A stretch of DNA of 64,000 nucleotides from Tubiluchus corallicola. Its lineage: Eukaryota > Animalia > Priapulida. Positions within the stretch are counted from its first letter, which is position 1. Each line of letters opens with the position of its first letter. The position numbers and the translations under genes were made by a program. Below are positions 30,601-42,600 of the stretch, piece by piece. A model generated the notes under the pieces. The model did no database searches. It saw nothing but the letters and a program-made list of their open reading frames with translations, and was not told the origin of the DNA. Location of the stretch: positions 1-64,000 of the forward strand of contig JAQGDQ010000344.1 in the NCBI GenBank assembly GCA_030141605.1. Reading direction: 5' to 3'.

Positions 30601-33600
30601 ATGCTAACCCTAACCCAACCCCAACTGTAATCCTAATCCTAATCCAAACACTAACCCTAATTCAATCATAATCCTTATCCTAATTCAACCCTAACCCTGA
30701 TCCAATCCTAATCCTAACCTTAACCCAGCTCTAACCCTAATCCTAATCCTAACCCTAACCCTAATCCAAACCCTTATCCTAATCAGTTTCACGAACTAAT
30801 TTCCTGTGTGTGGGGAATTGCAAGCTTTAGCCTAAACGTTTTTCATAGTTTTACATTTCTAGATCAGTATCTGCAAAGATTATTAACAAAGCTTCTTATC
30901 TAAAGAATGAAACTCGCCATAAAACCAAAAAAAACAAAACAAATAATCTACCTATCAGCATACCTGTCTTCCTAAACTGCATGCCGTTGGACGAGGTTGG
31001 ATATAAGACCGGACAAGATCTCTGTCAGTAGATGCGATGGTAGTCTTGCCGTAATTTAATGAACCTCTTTTGCTTTTCTCACCTTCCAGCAAAGACGTAC
31101 ACCTAAACATTAGACGGTAACCATATTTTCCATAATACTTTTCATAATAATAATAATAATTTTGTTGAGGGCTAACACCCAGTCCAGGGATAACACCTAA
31201 AGTAACGCAATGCACTCATATCTCGGTTTGCCGGACCTTGCTTTTGCTGCATTATCTGATTGATTGCCATTGATTGATGCATTATCTTTACGCATAAATT
31301 CGCTATATAGAATATGAAAATGATGTTTACATTACCGAACATAAAAACTTTTTGCTTTGTCAATTTCCTGTTTAATCAAGTTCACTTCATCACTTTCTAA
31401 TACAGTATCATTGACTACAGAATGAAAAGTTCCGCTTCCGCATCTGGAAAGTTCCCATAGGTACTGACTGGCGCAAACTGCTGTGCTTTGCTTCGGATTA
31501 TTATTGAAATGACTGTGGTCTGCAAAACAACAGAATGTATACTATAAGATATTCCTGATCGTCGAAAAATGTGATAAGGTCGGTGAACATTCACATGCAG
31601 GTTAAAAGACTCACTTTTACATGAACATAAAAAATTAAAGCGAGGTGATTAGCCAAGTGGTTTCGGCATTATGACCGAAGTTAAGAAACGCCGAGGCTAA
31701 TCAGTGAATGGCTAGTGACAGCCTGAGTTAAAAACTCCCGTTAGGAAGGTTCATGTACAATACTGATTCTGCTGTTTAACTAGTGGAGAAGGAATGTGTA
31801 CTTGTCCGAACGTGGCTAAGATGTGGCTAAGATAAGACACTTTGGCCAGTGCAGTGGCTCATCGTAGCCTTGACAATAAAGCTGGTTCTGATCCCACCAC
31901 ATGACAGGTTCATCATAACAGATTCCATTCATGATACAACAATTTCTGATTTAAAAAGAATTTTGTTTTGCCGCAAATGCTTTGTTACATACATAACTTT
32001 TATTTAACATCCAACTTAGCATAACAGATTTATATGTAATCGTCTCACAAATTGGTGTCTTGACATTTATACACATAAAGCAGCACTGAGTAAAGTGGCA
32101 TTTGCGTAGCAGATACGTTTTGGGAGATGCGAAACAGATAACATCAGTTTATATTGCTTTCAATGCACCCGTTTACGCAGCCTGCATAAGCGTTATTCTT
32201 TTTCTTCAGCTATTCCAGAAGTGGAATACGCATCTGCATCCAGATGCCACATAAATGGCACTCAAATCAAAGAAATGTCAAACATTCATCTCGTCTGCCT
32301 GGTAAATGTTACCTGGTAAACTGTTCTCGGTGGTCATAAGCAGAATCGTGTTCAGCTTCAAACGTCTTGCCACGCACACCTGCTTTACAAAGGCGCAAAA
32401 CACATCCAGTGGCTGATCTGGTGTGCCAGTTGTAAAAAGATATACGGCCACTGGAGCTTTTGAACGTGGACCATGACTACGGCAGCTGTCTGCAACTGTC
32501 CGGAAAGCCCCCATTGCGTTTCTGCCTCCGTGAAATCGTTGAGTAAGCAGCCATCTGTTTTCACAGAATAAAAAACTAAAGTTTCCACTATTAAGACAGA
32601 AGCAAACTTTTACATTAAACATAACAATCAAGCATTGATAAATGTGCAAAATGTAGTAATGTTTTGTAAAAATCATAATTAATTATGAATGTGATTGCCA
32701 GAATTTTTATAAACCATTGTAGCTTATTTTACCAGTTATTGCGGGTACTGAGTTGAAGAAAGGAGACACTGAAAAATTGTGGACTACTCAAGATTTGAAC
32801 CCGAGACCTGGCATTAGTACTCCCATGCTCTACTACCTAAGCCCAACATGACAGAACAGGCCTAAGATGTCCTCCTTGTAGCTCACAATCCAACAGCGCC
32901 ATCTGTACCCATGACAGTAGGGGAAACTTTTGGTATCAATACTTTTCCAAATCAGCTGTCAATTAATTATTACTAATTGATTAATTAGGATTAATTAGGA
33001 TATCATTAATTAATTATAACTGTGATTGCCAGAATTTATATATTGTTATATTGTTATATATGTTGTGAAAATAGTTTTAAACTTGGTAACCTTTCAACTG
33101 AAGCAGGAAATGAAGGTTAGAAATTTCTTCATTTTTTCTATCCTTACAGCTTAAGTGACATAGGAACTGAACTGATGCAATCATTCAGATAACTTGACTG
33201 CAAATTTATCACTGGACAGAAAACCTGTGAAACTCTCCATTAGTCTGATTAACATTTGTTGGTTAAATAAAGGAAGAGTCATTGTTCGTATACTATTTCA
33301 TTTTTAAGTACGATAAAAAGTATACATTTTAACACCAATAATACTGCGAAAGTGTTTCTGATAATTAAATAACAGATTAAAATCTTAATTAACATTAGGC
33401 GAGCCTAACTGATGATGACATCACAAATAAACATGTTTTTCCACATCAAAAAGATTCCATGAGCATGTTGCACGTATTTGCAAAAGCAAAAACGTAAGCA
33501 CAGTAATACTGTAAGAGATTCAGCATGCTGTACTAAAAATAGCCAAGTTTTAAAACAAAAATTCAAATTTAAAATTTACCACTGTGCTCACGCATGAGCT

Positions 33601-36600
33601 AGCGAATGTGTCTAATTTGTCACAAACGAACACATCTGAACTGAAAAGTACAGCACCTATTTTTTGTGCAATGTGTTTTTGAAATGCAGGCACTAGTGCC
33701 CGTCTAACTAGCAAATGGCAAAATGCATGTAACAGCAAAGAACTAGTGGTGCGAACGTGAAAATGTGTTTGTTTGGTCACAATTTTTTCATGTAAGTCAT
33801 TTTTGAAAAAATAGAATGTTTCCTTTCAATATTCTAAAGAGTAGAATGTTTTGACGTCCAATTTATGATCGGGTCCAGTTTTGCTTTTAGAAAATAATTA
33901 ATTATAAAAATAATCAAGTAAATAATTAAGCATATATAATTTTATTTGTACCTCCATGCTGATTGAAGATTCTCATCCGTTGATGCTGTAAGATCTGTTT
34001 GCCAGGGCTCGACATCAGCTCCGAATGTGACAAGACCAAAGTCGGAAGTTGACAACATCTGGGTTTCAAAAAGACATCGAACTAGAGCTTGTATACGTAC
34101 CAAATGGTAAACATTGTACACAGACCAGTCTAACAGCAACCATACGCTAAAAAAGTAAAAAAACACCATCAAGAACACGAAAAGTTTTGATACTTGAAAC
34201 GAATTATGCGTGGCAACCAACAATTATAACTCAGTCATTAGCTCACATAAACTAGCAATTCAAAACTTTTAATTACAAGCAGGATTATAGGGCATAGTTA
34301 GGTAATGCCAGTCATCCAGCTTTTATTCACTCAACTTAGGTCGTATGACCTAGGCTGGCTTTATATAGAGTATATTTAATATTTATACACTTATATCTCG
34401 GTTTTCCAGACAAAGGCGGGAGACGTCGGTCCGAATTTGCCGATTGTCCGTATTTGCGGATAGTAAGCTAATACAGTAGGTGCTGTGTATTAGACTCACG
34501 GTAATGTAGAATCAATCACCTAATTGTCTCAAAAGGGTCTAGTAGTATAGTAGTATGCAAAAGTATATAAAAACTGTCGGCAATTGACACAAATAACTCC
34601 GCATAATTGAGCTTTTACTATTCATATGTCGTCATACATTGCTTTTGTGCAGTATAATATATGTAGACACAATCATGTTAAGTACAGTCGGTACAGGCTG
34701 CTTGCTTACACTGACGTAATGATGTAAGCAAAGCGACGGCCCACCAACTAGTGGTCAGATCGTGAAACAACTCACTTTTTTGCTGTAATTGTGCCCCAGT
34801 ATAACCGACTTCCATCCAATAACCAGGCTATACGTTCTTCATACCGTGCAATCTGTATAGCTAATTTCTTCCTATATTTCTTTAAACCAACATGGTCAAT
34901 ATGCAGATACCTTGTACTTCCATTTTCCCACGTTACTTCTGTCAGAAAACCCTGAAAAATCAGATTAATAATGACTTAGCATGGCATACAGCCCAAAAGC
35001 GGGAAAACAGTATAACTAATATGTCATTGTTAAACTTTATTTCGGGTAACCATCACAAAAAAATTCGTAATGTAGTGGAACGAATTTAAATAATATGTAA
35101 CAGGAATATGGGAAGCCTTAACAGAAAGAAAGTGACTACATAGGGGATGTGACATTTGGGCACGGCCACTTGGGCATGGGACATTTGGGCACGAGACATT
35201 TGGGCATGGGATACTTGGGCACGAGACATTTGGGCACTAACAAAGTTTGCCTTACATTTTTTTTATTTTTGTTTATTAAATTTTAATAATTCACCATGTT
35301 CCTAATTGTCATAAAATCAGTTAATTGCCTTTCTGCACTTTCTCCGCTCTCATTCTTAGACTATCTGTAGTTTTTAAAATGAGTGTGTCAGTAACGTGAA
35401 TGCAAGATTTAGTTGTTCATTATTGGCAATGATTATTCCAAGCGCACTGACGATAACCTAACATTAACCTGTAACTATCCATTGAGGCAAGCTTTAAGTT
35501 CAGTTGTTTATAATAGCTGTTTATTCAAACAAAAGTAGCTCAATTAATAAGAAAAAATGCTCAATACATAATTATCACATTAAAAATTAGGTTTCATGGC
35601 ATCTCTTGTGAAATACATGATTTCCAACTGAGTTCAGCAGGAGAGAGGCATGGTGAGGGTTTTAGTTATTTCTAGTGTCAATTACACGATCATATTCATG
35701 TAAGTAATTATTTATTTGCTTACAAAAAAATTTAGATAAATTTGAAAAATTATCATGTGAACTAAGCAATCAAAGAGGCCAACTACCAGACGTCGCGTTT
35801 TGTAGCGTGACACAGAAATTATTTTCTTGCACAAGCACAGTGAGCATCGATTCTGGCACCCAATTAAATGTCTCGTGCCCAAGCGGGTCGCACCCAAGTG
35901 TCTGGTGCCCAAACGGCAGTGCCCAAATGACCTGTCCTTACTACACAAAGGGCAAATTTATAATGGAGTTTTATAAAAGCAATTTTTGACTAGGACTGCG
36001 ATAATGACAGATTAAATTAAAATCAACACCTTATGCACTTTTGACTTCACAGTTTTATCTATAATAGGAACAAACTGCTCTAATGCTGGATATGTGTTAG
36101 GTGCTAAAACTTGGTAGAGTTCCAGTCCACGTGCTGCAATATCAAAACAAAATGTTTATAAAATTACACATCACGTTTTTGGAAACCATCATCAATATAT
36201 ATCATTTTATAATCAATCAATCAATATGTGCAAAAAATGAAAAAGAACCATTGGCGGCTCATGTATAGATACTATGGAACTGCAGCACCCCCTATTTTCA
36301 CTCATTATTATCGATAGTATTCAATATAAGTCTTTTTTATACTCTTTCTTTATACTTGTATGGTCCAGAGTACGTAAGGGTAGTACTGTTTCACAGCCCA
36401 GCACAGTGTGCTCACAGCTCAAGCAATAATATATTTGGCTGTTGCGCGCGTGCAGCCATGCGTACATGTCTGAGATAAAATGCTGCACTTTAGGTAGCAA
36501 GAGTACTGTCGCTCATACAGTTTCAGATCAGTTGTCACGTGCTTAAAAGCAGTGTGCCGACATATTCTTGAACTGCGACAATTTAGGCTATTCTTAAGCA

Positions 36601-39600
36601 AGCAATATTTTTTGTTTAGAATTTTATCAAGTTTAAGCATAAATTTTCATATGTTTGTTTGTTTAAAATTACAGTTACAACATTAAAATTACATGTTTGT
36701 TTTGTTTTACACAGTATTAAAGCAATGGCTAAAAATTTTGTGAAGCAGCACCCAAACTAATTTTAGCTACCAGCTGCCACTGATAACAACAATAACTGAA
36801 AAAATGTGAGGAAAAACTTTTTAACTTGTTGAATATTATCAGTTTGCTTTTTTTTGCAAATTTTACAGGATGGGAGTATCAAAAATAATAAACTACAATA
36901 ATATAGCATAACAATTGAAAACAAGAATAGCAGTGGCTGAATTGTAACAGTTGTGTGCACCTTCAAAGTAAAGTAAACCAACTTAAGCCTGGTTAGTAAG
37001 TGTATAGGTGACAGCTCGAGAACCTATATATGGCAACCTGCTGTTTTAACTGCCATACTGCCCTGGCTGTAGCTAGAGATCACTGTCATTTCATTATCTC
37101 ACCCTAACGGATCATACTTTGATGACAAATTAGTTCTGGTCCTTCCACAACTGTTTATGTTAAGCCAGCTTTATTGCTGAATGTTGGATAATGTCTTGCA
37201 GGCTGCCAAATTGCATACAAGAAGTATGCGTAGAGCGTAAAAATGAGAAAAGTACGATACTAAGGGTATGCTAAATTTGCCATTACTATAGACAAGCAGG
37301 AAATACAGGGTGTCTCAAAAGTCACTATACACTTTGGTTTCTAATTTTCTTTTTAAATTTTCCCCAATCTCAGCAAGCTCTTACATGAATCAAAAGGGGC
37401 CTTTGGCAATTCTCTAATTAATTTTTTTACTAGAACCCCGTTGCCATGGTGACGACAGTAAGATGAGGTGCAAAATCAGCCGGGCAAGAGATCCTTCGAA
37501 TTATCAACTGAAGTTCAGCAATTCAGAGCACTTTATGGACCACACAAGTCTCTCAGTGGTAACAATGTAGTTTTTCAATAAGGGACAACAACAATGTAGT
37601 TTTTCAATAAGGTACAGGAGCAATGTAGTCTTTCAATAAGGTACAGCAACAATGTAGTTTTTTAATACGGAACAGCAACAATGTAGTTCTTCAACATGGT
37701 ACAGCGACAATGTAATTTTTCAATAAGGTACAGCAAAAATGTAGTTTTTGAATAAGGCACAGCAACAATGTAGTTTTTCAATAAGGTACAGCGACAATGT
37801 AGTTTTTCAATAAGGTACAGCGACAATGTAATTTTTCAATAAGGTACAGCAAAAATGTAGTCTTTCAATAAGGCACAGGAACAATGTAGTTTTTCAATAA
37901 GGTACAACGACAATGTAGTTTTTCAATAAGGTACAGCGACAATGTAGTTTTCCAACAACAGATGGGCTGTGAGAGACTTTCTCAAAACAAGATGCTCGAC
38001 ATCCCTTTGGAATGGTCTTTTAAGCTCTTGAAGTTCCTGAAAAAGGTACAAAAGCAGCAACGTCTGCTAGTGCAGTAGTTTTTTCTAGATTTTCAACTAA
38101 TTTGACTAAAAGTTACCCAAACTTTTAGTTTGTTTGTACCAATTTTCACACAGTTTGCTTTGCTTGTTAAAAATATAGAAAATGTCAAGTATTTAGTGAC
38201 TTCTGAGACACCGTGTATATGCAAAACATCATATCTCCTACAATAACAGCATATATATTTATAAATTTGGTAGACATGCATACAACAAAATGACCATTGT
38301 GATGTTCAACACCACACCTCTGAGACCATGTATTTCTAGCCAATCATGAGAAGACAGTTTCTCCTCTTCTGACAAAATCAGCTCTTGCAGCGTCAATGGT
38401 CTTTGATGTCCAGGCGGAATCTTGACCAACATGTGTTGAGGAGCGCGACCTGCAGCTTCTTGAACCTTAAAGAAGAAGAAATTATCAATTTAGCTGTGCT
38501 TACTTATGTCTTCATTACGTGAAAATGCCATTTCCAAGAGAATGAGTGTAGTTACACGGCTTAGTTCAAAATTCAAAATGCTAAGCAAATTATCAGTACT
38601 TGTTTCTAAAAATTAAGATATTTTAATTTCTTCCTGAATATATATTAAGCAGTTTTGATGCGTATAAAGCTGCCAGCATTATCCTACCTAACAAATCTAA
38701 AAGGAAATTAAACGTTTTTTCAGGTGCAGTAAATAGCAATTTCATTCTTTTTTTAGATGCAAATTAACAAAGTAAACAAAAAATGAAATTTGTAAGAAAT
38801 TTCTTTAAATGTTTATTGTGTTACAGTATCTATTGAAAGAATGTTTAATATCTTGTAAGGTTTTCTCTTTTAAAAAATGATTAAAAACATTTAAAGTGGA
38901 AAAAACATCTGATAATTAAACGTAAATGTAAGTCTTTGGCAAAATAAGGTCTTCTTGTAGATGCTAGTTAGCATTTAACCGTTAATCTGCTGTTATAAAT
39001 GCTGAACATGCCAGTTAGCACATTTAACCGTTAATCTGCTGCTATAAATGCTGAACATGCCAGTTAGCACATTTAACTGTTAACCTGCTGCTATAAACGA
39101 TGAACATGACAGTTAGCATTTAACCATTAATCTGCTGTTATAAATGCTGAACATGCCAGTTAGCACATTTAACCGTTAATCTGCTGCTATAAATGCTGAA
39201 CATGCCAGTTAGCACATTTAACTGTTAACCTGCTGCTATAAACGATGAACATGACAGTTAGCATTTAACCATTAATCTGCTGCTATAAATGCTGAACAAC
39301 AGTTAAGAAAATCCTAACACAATTGTACAATAAAATTCCATCATCAGAACACTGGTGCCATCAACTGCCCACTTGTGAAAACACCCTCCTAAAAATGGCA
39401 AACTGTTAGCTTTTTAAAAGAATGGAAGAACAATAACAAAAACAAGAATAGCATGCCCATGCCACCCTGTGACCTGCAGCCCAAAATACCGGAACACAAT
39501 CTTATAATGTTTAGAACTGAGTTCATTAGTGTTTATGCACATAACCTCTGGATCTATACTTTACCTTGTTCAACTCTTTTTCTAATCGCTTGTCCACGAC

Positions 39601-42600
39601 TCCTTGTCGGACCTCCTGTAACTGATTCTGAACACATTTAGCTGCCTTGATTTCATCGACAAGAGCTATTATCTCATCACTTTCATAAACATGATCATCA
39701 GAAGTGGAACTGAAATTAAAAACAAAAGGAAATGGCTTCATTTGGGAATTGTACCATCAAATACATGACACTAATACACATAATTCGTCATACATTGAAA
39801 ATATATAAATCAAAAATAAAATGTTATATTAGCAGAAATTTATGAAAACTGTACATTTATTTGTGTTAATTCACATTTGGAACATCTGAGATATTATCTT
39901 AGAATTAGCAAATCCAGAATGCGAAGCATAGGTTTACTTGCTTGCCGCATGTGCACACAAGTTTTTGCTTGAATGTGCTTTTAAAATGCATAAACTTTAC
40001 TAACATTCTATGTTTCAGATAAAGCCCTTCCACCAGTTTCTTCACGTTATTCGACACTTTTCTGCAATAGCGCTTTATCGTGACGTCACAGTATTAAAAA
40101 ACCACACTATCCCTACTATATCACCCACACCATATCACCTACACCATAAGACACCACCTACTCCACATGATACCACCGACACCACAAGATACCACCTACA
40201 CCATACGATACTACCTACAACACCACCTACACCACAAGATGCTACCTATACCACATAATACCACTTGCACTACACCACATCACAGACACCATATGACACC
40301 AATTACACCATCTACACCACGCGACACAATGTCACCACACAAATGTCACCCACACCACAAGGCATCACATACAGCACATCACGCCACACCTCACACACCA
40401 CATGACACCACCTATACCACACGACACCACCTACACCCTAACACACTACATATACCACACGACACCAACTACACCACACCACATCACTTACATCACACTT
40501 AACTACGTGCACCACACCACATCATCAACACTACATGACACCACCTACACCACAAGGCAGCACTTATGCCACAAGATGCCACCTACACCACACCTTATCA
40601 CCTAAATCACACGACACCGCCTACACCATGCCACAAAACAAAGTGACAACAAAAACAATTTGCATAATGTAAAAACTGCATGAAATAGCAAACGCTAAGA
40701 AATCCGTCCATTGACGATCAATAATGCATGAATATTCAACATAGTCTTTGCCTGCTGTTGCTGAAATGATGGTAATAAAAATGTGTGAACATTCTACATA
40801 CTCTTTGTACACATTCTACTTTGTTTACTGCTCCCAAAATTTTGGTACTAAGCTAGGTGTTAGCAGATATGTGTTCACCATTTTCACAGAATCTAAATTT
40901 TTGTGCAAAATTTAGAATGCATTGTTTGTCTCACAATGAGAAAACAGGGAAGTTTTGTGCTACATGAACGAAAACGAAAACCAGACCTGGATCACAGCGA
41001 AATCCCAAACGAAATCCTAAGAGAATACTACAGAATTAACGTAAAAGCTGAAACCAAAAACAGCAAGACCCAATTTCTGAGTTGACAAACTAGTTAGGCT
41101 GTTTGTCTCTGTGTAATCATGGCAACACTAGTTAACAAAATCACAATCCTTTACCTATAACAATGATATGTTCCACCAGTAAGAGAAGCCAATTGTTTCA
41201 GTAATCGCTCCGTGTTGTGACTCAGGCAATTGTAAGCACAAGTGTTGAGTCTAGGTAACATTCTGCCACACCACAGCTGTCTGAAACATGAGACAAAAAA
41301 GCCACACTTACTTCCATAAACTTAGGTACATTTACTAGTATCAACTTAGGTATCATTAAACAATGCCTTGATGGCCATTAAGTGTAATTCAGAAGAAAGC
41401 TGTGTATAAAAGTAACAAATCAATGCCTTAAATTGCTTGATTGACAAACTGAGTACTTGATTATCAAAGGCGCTCTAAGTTATTACACTTGCAGAATGCC
41501 AAAAATTTTTAACAAAACACGCAGCAAGAAGGGTAGAAACTGTCTGAGCTCGTCTAGTGACCAAATATTCCTGTTGTTTCAGTAAATTCATTCAATAGGA
41601 TTCTGGAACTAGTGGTGTGAACTAAGCTTGACTCATTTCCACAAAAATACAATAAACTTCAACACTACCGAAGAAATATAAACATAAACAAAAACATAAA
41701 CATTAACACAAACAAAAATACAAATGTTTAAGACAAATATAAACTCATTCAGTCTTTAGGAAAAGCACTATATGTGTGCCTGCAAACCAAAACCGTCCAT
41801 AGGTCAGCATAGTTAAAATTACATTATGATGCTTCAAAATTGAATGCACCAAAAATTTGGTCAAATGTCAATTTTTCATTTTTTATAAAAACAAACACTA
41901 TATATTTGACTTTTATATTCTAGTATTAAATTATCAAGAAAATGTTTAAAAAATACTAAAAATTTAATTTTATAACAACGTACCAACTTTTCTGTCTAGA
42001 AACTAGTACTGCAATTGTAAAAAAACTCCGATAGTAGCTCCTGATGCTACAGTCATTTTGTTTCGGGTTTTTTCTGTTGCCAGACCCAGATCTTTATCAG
42101 GAAGATCCATCAACTGGATTTAAACATAACTTTAATGTGCGCTTGCAAAGTCCGTAGCAATCCACATTTGTGCGGTTGTTAATTGAGAAGTAGAAACAAG
42201 ACAAAAACAGTGGCTAACTTTAACAGCGATTTTCTCAAGGTTAAGTTCTCCAGTGCGTAGCCTGCACCTCAACTTCAACATGAATTATCTCAGCTTAGTA
42301 ATAACATAGAGCGATAAACTTGGTATCAAAATGATCTCATAAAATGGAGATTCAGGATATGGGAAAAACTACAAAAAATTAATTGCCAACTTATGGACGA
42401 TTTTGCTAAGCAAGCACAGATATAACTTCATGTGCAGCAGTACAACAACAGTTGAATAAGGTATGCATATTATTGCTACTGTTAATGTTACCTGACATAA
42501 TCAACAATATGGATATCTTCCTGATCAGGTGTACTACCAAGTACCAGCACAAGAGAATCAAGTTCCCTATGCTTCAAGGTCATCTTCAAAGCCTGCAGTA

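Noticed and set aside
30585-30785. True telomere or chromosome fusion site
   Set aside because: Short, degenerate, single orientation and inside an intact gene.
31670-31730. 5S rRNA gene
   Set aside because: Only a partial, diverged internal segment is present.
37560-37955. 29-bp repeats resembling a CRISPR array
   Set aside because: The units are directly adjacent with no unique spacers, the context is a eukaryotic intron, and there are no cas genes.
40010-40605. His/Thr/Pro-rich ORFs
   Set aside because: They are by-products of a CA-rich degenerate repeat that lacks stop codons; there is no splice or homology support.
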